DNA of 24,414 nucleotides, from the NCBI RefSeq assembly GCF_042660085.1, contig NZ_JBHSTI010000015.1:1-24414 (forward strand), written 5' to 3'. The notes under the pieces are model-generated. The model did no database searches and had not been told where the DNA came from. It saw only the letters and a program-made list of their open reading frames with translations. This stretch comes from Longivirga aurantiaca (lineage in GTDB: Bacteria > Actinomycetota > Actinomycetes > S36-B12 > CAIYMF01). The translations under genes and the position numbers were made by a program. The first letter of the stretch is position 1; every line of letters starts with the position of its first letter. Positions 18,017-24,414 of this stretch are shown here, piece by piece.

Positions 18017-18848
18017 CTAGGTCGGGTTGTCGTCGGTGGTGATGCGGGTGCTGGGGAGGCTGTCGAGGTCTCGTCCGCGCACGCGGTAGCTGGCGCCTTT
18101 GAGGGTCAGGACGTCGGCGTGGTGGACGAGGCGGTCGATCATGGCTGCGGCGACGACGTCATTCGCCGAACACCTCGCCCCACCGTCCGAAGGGCTTGTC
18201 GCTGGTCACCGATCAGCGAGGCTCGTTCGTAGCGGGACGAGACGAGCTGGAAGAAAACAGGTTCGCAGCTTCGGGCTCGAACGGGATGTAGCCGACCTCG
18301 TCGACGATCAGCAGCGGGTAGCGGCCCAGGCGTCGCAGTTCGTCCTGCAGGCGGCCGGCGTGGTGGGCGTCGGCGAGGCGGGCGACCCTTTCCGCGGCGG
18401 TCGCGAACAGGACCCGGTGCCCGGCCTGGCAGGCCCGGATCCCGAGGCCGATCGCGAGGTGGGTCTTCCCGGTCCCGGGCGGTCCGAGGAACACGACGTT
18501 CTCCCGTGCGGCGACGAAGTCCAGGGTCCCGAGGTGGGCGATCTGGTCGCGTTTGGGGGACCGGGCATGGTCGAAGTCGAACTCCTCGAGGGCCTTCCGT
18601 GACGGGAACCTCGCAGCTCTCACCCTGCCTTCGCCGCCGTGGGATTCCCGGGCGGAGACCTCGCGTTGCAGGCAGGCGGCGAGGAACTCCTCATGGGTCC
18701 AGGACTCCGCCCGTGCCCGCTCGGCGAGCCGGTCGACTGCTTCACGCAGCGACGGGGCCTTGAGCGCGCGGGTCAGGAACACCAGCTCAGCGCTGACATC
18801 ACGCCCGGTCCGAGGTGTCGCCGCGGTGGCGGTTCGCGCGGCCATCAC
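18017..18848 (-). pseudogene. istB: IS21-family IstB-like ATPase, C-terminus frameshifted
   Basis: VVFLGPPGTGKTHLAIGLGIRACQAG and LLIVDEVGYIPFEPEAANLF, then frame loss. Remaining C-terminus recoverable in other frames (SSRYERASLI, GASYRVRGRDLDSLPSTRITTDDNPT*). Confidence 0.8.
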
Positions 18849-18919
18849 GCGACCGCCTCGGTCAGCCCGAACACGGTGTCGTAGCCGGACAGGGGCCGCT
18901 GCTCGACCTCACCGGTGAC

Positions 18920-20083
18920 CTACGGGACAGCGACCCGGGACCGGGTCTGGCGCATCACGGCCGCCGCGGCGGCGTGCTCGGGGTCGGTGATGGACTGGTG
19001 GTCCGCCCAAGCGCGGGCATGGTCCGCGACGACCTTCCCACCGCAGGTCACCACCACCCGGTCCAGGTCAGCGATGACCTCGACGCGGCGACCGATCACC
19101 GAGGGGTGCACGGAGTAGTCGTTGGAGTCGATGCGGACGTAGTGGTCGCGCGGCAGCCGCACCGAAGCCCACCACCCGATCACCGGCGCCACCGGTGGCA
19201 GGGCGAGCATCGCGGCACGGTCCGCTTCCCACCGTTGCACCGGGCGGCAGCCCAGAGCCCGATGCCGGCGCTGGTTGGCGCGGGTGGTCAGCCAGGAGCT
19301 GAACTGCTCGTTGAAGTCCTGTGGCGAGGTGAACGACCGCCCGGGCAGGAACGACGTCTCGTAGTAGCCGTTGCCCCGTTCGACCAGGCCCTTGGCCTCG
19401 GGGTCGTTCGGCTTGCACTGGTGCACCGCGATGCCCAGCACCCCGCGGAACACCTCGATGTCCTCCGCGAGCTTGGGCTTCCCCGAGCGCCACGACCCGA
19501 CCGCGCCCTCGTTGTCCCAGACCAGCTCGCGCGGGACAGCGCCGATCCGCTCGAGCAGCTCCCAGTGCCCCGCGATCAGGTCCGGGGCCTGCCGCGCGGG
19601 GATCATCAACCCGTGCGACATCCGCGAGTAACCCGCGACTGTCACCAGCACCGGCAGACGACCGACCTGGCCATGCCCGAGCGGGATGTCCACCGGCGGG
19701 AACCACAGGTCGCACTGCATCCGATGCCCGGGCTCATACGAGGTCCGCGACGCCGGGTCCGGCGGCAGATAGAACGGGCGCAGCACCCAGACCCGGTCCT
19801 TGAGGATCGTGATCGAGTGCGACCAGCCGATCCGCTCCGCGATCACCGTCGCCGGCATCGTCGGAGTCGCCGCCAGCAGCTCCCGGATCCGCGGCTCGAC
19901 CGCATCGACCAGCGACCCCCGCGGAGGACGTTCGTACTTCGGCGGCGCGTCCCGCCGCAACGCCGCCCTCACCGTGTTCTTCGAGCACCCCAACCTCGAA
20001 GCGATCACCTTGATCGGCATCCCCTCGCTGCGGTGCAACCGACGAATCTCGGCCCAGTCCTCCATGCTCTTCACACTCCACAC
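18920..20083 (-). CDS. istA: IS21-family IstA-like transposase
   Basis: MEDWAEIRRLHRSEGMPIKVIASRLGCSKNTVRAALR, QCDLWFPPVDIPLG, ELVWDNEGAVG and KPNDPEAKGLVERGNGYYETSFLPGR; mini-Mu/IstA type DDE core. Confidence 0.93.
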   Translation of the reverse strand: MWSVKSMEDWAEIRRLHRSEGMPIKVIASRLGCSKNTVRAALRRDAPPKYERPPRGSLVDAVEPRIRELLAATPTMPATVIAERIGWSHSITILKDRVWVLRPFYLPPDPASRTSYEPGHRMQCDLWFPPVDIPLGHGQVGRLPVLVTVAGYSRMSHGLMIPARQAPDLIAGHWELLERIGAVPRELVWDNEGAVGSWRSGKPKLAEDIEVFRGVLGIAVHQCKPNDPEAKGLVERGNGYYETSFLPGRSFTSPQDFNEQFSSWLTTRANQRRHRALGCRPVQRWEADRAAMLALPPVAPVIGWWASVRLPRDHYVRIDSNDYSVHPSVIGRRVEVIADLDRVVVTCGGKVVADHARAWADHQSITDPEHAAAAAVMRQTRSRVAVP

Positions 20084-20092
20084 GATCTCGGA

Positions 20093-20134
20093 GGGGGTCA
20101 GTTTTCGGACGACGCCAGGGGGTCAGTTTTCACC
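20093..20134 (+). repeat. Two direct copies of GGGGGTCAGTTTTC inside the istA-proximal end of the IS21-type element
   Basis: ...ctcggagggggtcagttttcggacgacgccagggggtcagttttcacccg..., typical of subterminal repeats in IS21-family ends; coordinates approximate. Confidence 0.6.
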
Positions 20135-20145
20135 CGTCGTCGACA

Positions 20146-20615
20146 CAGCTTGCTGTTGGCGACCATCTTCGCGACCTTAGGACGGCGCGCTCGACGCTCG
20201 GCGTGCCACTGCGCCACCGTCGCCCGATACTCCGCCTGCGACGAGCGGCTCGACGCGCCCCGACGCAGCTCTCGCGAGATCGTCGACGGATCACGACCCA
20301 GACGCCGAGCGACTCGCGAGCGCTGACCTTCTGGGCATGCCAGATCGCGATGTCCTCCCGCTCAGCGAACGACAGGTAACGGCCCGACACCTCGACAGGC
20401 AGACAAGGATTCACCCCGCCAGCGTGACGAAACCAGCGATAGCCGACCGGCTCGGACACGCCAGCCTCACTCGCAGCCACGTCGGTCTTCACGCCGCGAG
20501 CAACAGCCGCCCAGAACCTGACCCGATCCTCCCGCCACGCCACCGACGGGCGGCCCGGTGACGCGATCTGCCCTCGATAGGCACGCACCCGCTTCTGACG
20601 CGGGGTTGTTCCCAT
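20146..20615 (-). pseudogene. N-terminal fragment of an IS30-family transposase
   Basis: GRYLSFAEREDIAIWHAQKVSARE..., then frameshifted ARRLGRDPSTISREL-like and YRATVAQWHAERRARRPKVAKMVANSKL up to the IS21 junction. Confidence 0.82.
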
Positions 20616-20634
20616 CGCCCCACCGCTCCATCGA

Positions 20635-20659
20635 GGTGTTGCGACGACGAGTTGAATCC
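20635..20659 (-). repeat. Right terminal inverted repeat of the IS30-type remnant
   Basis: Reverse complement GGATTCAACTCGTCGTCGCAACACC pairs with 17750-17774. Confidence 0.7.
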
Positions 20660-20937
20660 ACCCTGAATACCTGGCTGATTGTGCACGACTGCACCTGTTC
20701 GCGTCGTGTAGGCAGGCACAGTTGTCCATTGATCCGCGGTCCAGGCTCGCGAATGATCTGAGGGCAGCCACGTGCTGGGTGCCGCCGGTTGGCGAACGCG
20801 GTCTGGGAAGCGTCACGCGAAGGAGTCCTTCCCAGTGTCACGGAGCCACAGCCACGCTGTCGAACTACGAAGGCAATGCAGCAGTCCGCGCGCAAGCGAT
20901 ATGAACACGCTCAGGACGATTCGGACCAAGGAGTCTC

Positions 20938-21726
20938 ATGCCAGCCCTCGCACTCACGTCGCGTCTCGCAGACCGCACTGCCGTAGTGACGGGAGCCGCT
21001 TCCGGTAACGGTCTCGGGATCGCTCAGAGGCTCCTCGCGGAAGGTGCGTCGGTCGTCTTCGTCGATCGTGACGCCGCGACGCTCAGCGAGGTTGTCCCGA
21101 ACGGAGATCAGAAGGCACTGGCTGTCGTCGCTGACGTCACCGATGCCGACAGCCTTCACGACATGGTCGAGTCCGTGATCGAGGCGTTTGGGTCTCTGGA
21201 CGTTCTCGTCAACAACGCCGGCATCGTGCGCTTCTCCGACTTCGACGACCTCGGTCTCGCTGAGTGGGAAGAGGTATTTCGGGTGAATTCAACCGGAGCA
21301 TTCCTGGCGGCGAAGGCCGCCGTCCCGGCGATGAAGAAGTCCCTCGCCAGCCGTGCCGGCACCGGCGCGATCGTGAACATCACGTCAACGGAAGCCCATG
21401 TAGTTCTCGCAAGCTCCGGCCACCCTCAGGTTCACTACAACGCCTCCAAGGGTGCCCTACACATGCTCAACCAAGGGCTCGCCATTGAACTGGGCTCAGA
21501 CCGAATTCGCGTGAACGCTGTTGCACCAGGCATCGTCGAGACGCCTTTCACGGCTCGAGCGATGCAGAACGAGAAGCTGCTGAACTGGTATCTCGAACGA
21601 ATCCCGCTAGGCCGCGTGGCGAAGCCCCAGGACGTAGCTGCAGCGGTCGCCTACCTTGCCTCGGAGGATGCCTCCTACGTCACTGGTACGACGATCTTCG
21701 TCGATGGGGGATGGACCGCACAGTAA
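20938..21726 (+). CDS. Short-chain dehydrogenase/reductase (SDR)
   Basis: TAVVTGAASGNGLGIAQRL, LVNNAG, YNASKGALHML and PLGRVAKPQDVAAAVAYLASEDASYVTGTTIFVDGG. Confidence 0.93.
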   Translation: MPALALTSRLADRTAVVTGAASGNGLGIAQRLLAEGASVVFVDRDAATLSEVVPNGDQKALAVVADVTDADSLHDMVESVIEAFGSLDVLVNNAGIVRFSDFDDLGLAEWEEVFRVNSTGAFLAAKAAVPAMKKSLASRAGTGAIVNITSTEAHVVLASSGHPQVHYNASKGALHMLNQGLAIELGSDRIRVNAVAPGIVETPFTARAMQNEKLLNWYLERIPLGRVAKPQDVAAAVAYLASEDASYVTGTTIFVDGGWTAQ

Positions 21727-21817
21727 GCCCCGTGGCCGAGATGAAGTCACCGCGCCGGGTATCACGCCAGTTTGGGAGTTCCCACCCGACGGCGAGTAAC
21801 GGACTTGAGGAGTTGGC

Positions 21818-22594
21818 ATGAGGTTGGCGCCCCCGCGTCGGCCGCGAGTCGGCATCACCGCCGAGGAGCGGCGGGTCGATCTAAGCGTACTGGTCGAAGA
21901 TTGTGTCGTCGTTGCGCAGCAGTACGCACACGCGGTGTGGGACGCGGGCGGTATGCCCGTCATTCTCCCTGTTCTCACGCCCGACGACGCGGATGAGATC
22001 GTGGCTGAGCTCGATGGATTGCTCTTGACAGGCGGCGGCGACGTTGAGCCAGGCATCTACGGCGAACAGTGGCACGACGCGACCTACGGAGTAGTGGGTG
22101 AGCGAGACGCATTCGAGATCGCACTGGTGCGCGCGGTCGTCCGTCTACAACGACCAGCCCTGGGCATCTGCCGTGGGCTGCAGCTGCTCAACGTCGCACA
22201 CGGCGGTACTCTCGACCGGCACGTCTCGACCGACCAGATCGAACACTGGCAACCTGGTTTTGCCCCCGCCCATGCGGTGACAATTGCCGAAGGGTCTCGC
22301 TTGGGCGAGATCTATGGCGCTGGTGAACGACTCGTGAACTCGTTCCACCACCAGGCGGCCCAGACTCTGGGTGAGCGACTCTGCGTTACCGCTGTCTCAA
22401 CCGATGGCACTATCGAAGCTCTCGAGGCGACCAACGTCGACAGCTGGCTTGTAGGCGTACAGTGGCACCCTGAACGGCCGTGGCGGAAGACATCAGCGGA
22501 TCTTCCGCTGTTCGAGGCACTTGTCGCCGAAGCGCGACGCAGTCGACAGGACAGTCACCGCGACGGAACAGACGACGGCCGACGGACAGCCTGA
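21818..22594 (+). CDS. Peptidase C26 / PuuD-like gamma-glutamyl amide hydrolase with intact catalytic residues
   Basis: VGITAEERRVD, LDGLLLTGGGDVEPGIYGE, LGICRGLQLLNVAHGGTLDRH, RLVNSFHHQAAQ and VGVQWHPE. Confidence 0.88.
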   Translation: MRLAPPRRPRVGITAEERRVDLSVLVEDCVVVAQQYAHAVWDAGGMPVILPVLTPDDADEIVAELDGLLLTGGGDVEPGIYGEQWHDATYGVVGERDAFEIALVRAVVRLQRPALGICRGLQLLNVAHGGTLDRHVSTDQIEHWQPGFAPAHAVTIAEGSRLGEIYGAGERLVNSFHHQAAQTLGERLCVTAVSTDGTIEALEATNVDSWLVGVQWHPERPWRKTSADLPLFEALVAEARRSRQDSHRDGTDDGRRTA

Positions 22595-22845
22595 GCGCGT
22601 GCGGTTCCTGGGGGTCATGCGACTGTTCGGCAAGAAAGTCCTGAGTCCGTCATCACCGCCACCCGTGCCATGCGCGGCCTGCCCCGTTACTTGACGGCCC
22701 ATCATGACCCCTTCCTCGGGTGCATCACGCAAGTTCAGGGTGTCCACCGAAGGGGATCAACAGCACACCCACGATGAAGCGCGCGATCGGGGCTGTGGGC
22801 GAGAACCGGGTCGGGTGCGCCTCCGAGCCGACCGGGCCCCGCGGC

Positions 22846-23358
22846 TCACAGGTCCAGGGCTCGTCCCGGTTCCCACAGCACATCTCCGAGGTGCCGGTTC
22901 GTGTACCGGGCCAGGACGAACACCAGATCGCTGACGCGGTTCAGGTAGTTCGCGGCAAGCACGTTCACACCTGATCCGTGCTCGTCGATCGCCGCCCATG
23001 TCGAGCGTTCGGCTCGCCGGGTCACGGTGCAGGCGACGTGGATCGCGGCTCCGGCCGGCGTGCCGCCTCGCAGGACGAAGGAGCTCAGCTCCGGCAAGGG
23101 CGCGTTGAACGTGTCGCACAACCGTTCGAGCCGCTGGATGCAGGCGGGCTCGATCCTGAGGTGCGACGTCGTGTCCGCCTCGTCGACGGGCCGGCACAGG
23201 TCCGCCCCGACATCGAACAGCTCGTTCTGAATCTGGCGCAGCACATCGGCGACGTCCGGTTCGATGCCGCCGAAGCCCCCCAGGGAGATCGCAAGCCCGA
23301 TGTGGCTGTTGGCCTCGTCCACATCGGCGTAGGCCTGAAGACGCGAGTCCAGCTTGGA
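22846..23358 (-). pseudogene. 5'-truncated PduO-type cobalamin adenosyltransferase
   Basis: Minus strand reads SKLDSRLQAYADVDEANSHIGLAISLGG...VGADLCRPV...VTRRAERSTWAAI...YLNRVSDLVFVLARYTNRHLGDVLWEP. The TRTGDGG N-terminus is absent; upstream in-frame TAG 7 codons before SKLD. Confidence 0.82.
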
Positions 23359-23666
23359 AGGCCTGGAATCGGACTATCCGCAAGTACCCAATAGTGCCTC
23401 TGACCTGCGGTTATGCAATGTGATCTTGACCGTGACAACTCGCGACTGTCCCTACGTTTCCGTGGCTACGGACACGATAGGGACACCAGAGACACGTTTC
23501 GATGGGGCCGCGGGGGGTCATCGAGGCCGAGCCAGCCAGGCCGGATGCGGCGCGGGGGTGTCCCCGTTGACGCGGATGGCTGGTCCGTCGCTTCCTTCTC
23601 GTCACTGCCGGCCGAGCCCGCTAACGCGCCTCGTCACGTGACGGGGTTGCTCAGGTGCGTAGGGAC

Positions 23667-23930
23667 TCAGCGGTCGTAGACCTCGCGGCGATGTGCGACT
23701 CGCAGGACGAGGACCAGGAGTCGGTCGTCCTCGATCGCGTAGACGATGCGGTAGTCGCCGACCCGAACGCGCCACCGTCCCTGCTGGCCACCGCGGAGCA
23801 TCTTCGCCCCCGGAGGTCGGGGATCGACGCTGAGCAGTTCGATCGCGCCTGCGATGCGTAGCCGGTTCGCCTTCTCCAGCTTGGCGAGGGCCTTGGCAGC
23901 GGACGTGGAGATCTCGATCGTGTAGGTCAT
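23667..23930 (-). CDS. relE: RelE/ParE-superfamily toxin
   Basis: MTYTIEISTSAAKALAKLEKANRLRIAGAIELLSVDPRPPGAKMLRGGQQGRWRVRVGDYRIVYAIEDDRLLVLVLRVAHRREVYDR. Start overlaps the antitoxin stop by 4 bp. Confidence 0.92.
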   Translation of the reverse strand: MTYTIEISTSAAKALAKLEKANRLRIAGAIELLSVDPRPPGAKMLRGGQQGRWRVRVGDYRIVYAIEDDRLLVLVLRVAHRREVYDR

Positions 23931-24187
23931 GCGAGGCCGAGGTCGGCCTTGACCTGGGCCCAGGGGATCGTCGGGGCGCCGGCCATGATGACGGCCATCA
24001 CGGCGTCCGACGCAGCGAGGTCCTGGGCGTCCTCGTCGGCGTCCAGCAGGCGCTCGTACTCGGCTGTGCTGATCACGACGGCCTGGCGGTGGCCGCGCTT
24101 GGTCAGGAACACCGGCTCGTGCGCCGATGTCTCCACGAGCTCGCTGAAGCGCTCGCGCGCCTCGGTGACGGGCATGTCGGTGGCCAT
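23927..24187 (-). CDS. Phd/YefM-family antitoxin
   Basis: MPVTEARERFSELVETSAHEPVFLTKRGHRQAVVISTAEYERLLD. Confidence 0.92.
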   Translation of the reverse strand: MATDMPVTEARERFSELVETSAHEPVFLTKRGHRQAVVISTAEYERLLDADEDAQDLAASDAVMAVIMAGAPTIPWAQVKADLGLA

Positions 24188-24190
24188 ACG

Positions 24191-24222
24191 TCAAATGTAC
24201 AACGCAGGAGTCAAACTGTACA
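24191..24222. promoter_or_regulatory. Candidate operator of the toxin-antitoxin module
   Basis: Two near-identical boxes TCAAA-TGTACA and TCAAACTGTACA immediately upstream of the antitoxin; TGTACA is self-complementary. Confidence 0.45.
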
Positions 24223-24224
24223 TC

Positions 24225-24414
24225 TCAACCTATGAGCCGAGTGCACTTGGCCCGGTCGCTGTTGCACTCGACGAAGACGAGCTCCAGGTTGCCCGCCTGC
24301 TCCCGGGCAGCGAAGGACACCGCGAGCGAGTGCACCTCCGCGGCGGTCAGTCCGAGCGCCATGCTCTCCGCCACCGCCGACTCCAGCAGGGCTGCCGCGC
24401 GGTCGCCGTCGACC
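24225..24414 (-). pseudogene. Fragment of a GntR-type regulator paralogous to 4586..5605, reaching the right window edge
   Basis: Minus strand reads VDGDRAAALLESAVAESMALGLTAAEVHSLAVSFAAREQAGNLELVFVECNSDRAKCTRLIG*, matching ARALLEEAVRESIGLGLSTSEVHSLVMSFAMRAQAERLQIAFVECNADRSQ in the intact regulator. It ends abruptly thereafter. Confidence 0.82.

Larger units (their letters stand above)
17981..20145 (-). mobile_element. IS21-family element (istA + istB) nested in the IS30-type remnant
   Basis: Ends TATCGACGCTCGAAAAGTGA (left) and reverse complement TGTCGACGACGGGTGAAAACTGACC (right). istA and istB lie between them. Confidence 0.8.
17750..20659 (-). mobile_element. IS30-type element remnant interrupted by an IS21-type element, with the middle of its transposase missing
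   Basis: Imperfect inverted repeats GGATTCAACCGATCGTCGCACCACC (17750-17774) and the reverse complement of 20635-20659 (GGATTCAACTCGTCGTCGCAACACC). Flanked by ACC on both sides (17747-17749; 20660-20662). Confidence 0.75.

Noticed and set aside
18815-20326. 503-aa plus-strand ORF
   Set aside because: Antisense shadow of istA with His/Arg/Pro-rich composition typical of high-GC spurious ORFs.
1-24414. CRISPR arrays, tRNA or rRNA genes, retron/defence cassettes
   Set aside because: No regularly spaced repeats and no recognisable tRNA/rRNA or defence-gene motifs seen. The toxin-antitoxin pair is the only such module.

Overview
This window is actinobacterial-type high-GC DNA. It holds a catabolic locus surrounded by IS debris. 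The core is a tightly packed plus-strand cluster, about 10.2-16.9 kb. In order it encodes: a small hotdog protein resembling 3-aminobutyryl-CoA/beta-alanyl-CoA ammonia-lyases; an ANL acyl-CoA ligase; a MeaB-type G-protein; the large subunit of a B12-dependent acyl-CoA mutase carrying a 2-hydroxyisobutyryl-CoA-mutase-like Asp (STDFD) with Val in the neighbouring specificity position; the small B12-binding subunit; a PduO-type cobalamin adenosyltransferase; and a 3-hydroxybutyryl-CoA dehydrogenase-like protein. Divergent or flanking genes encode an aldehyde dehydrogenase, a GAF/PucR-type regulator, a GntR-type regulator, an SDR and two peptidase C26 (PuuD-like gamma-glutamyl hydrolase) paralogs. 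One of those paralogs has lost its catalytic Cys. The most interesting hypothesis is a B12-dependent pathway for a branched 2-amino (or 2-hydroxy) acid such as 2-aminoisobutyrate: ligase, then carbon-skeleton mutase to 3-aminobutyryl-CoA, then hotdog ammonia-lyase to crotonyl-CoA, then 3-hydroxybutyryl-CoA oxidation. The rest comprises an IS1380-family element with identifiable ends and a 4-bp CTAG duplication, an IS21-type element nested in a broken IS30-type element, an istB remnant, truncated paralogs of the adenosyltransferase, GntR and PucR genes, and a Phd/RelE-type toxin-antitoxin pair. All calls are from reading the sequence. No database search was run, and comparisons with named family members are from memory.
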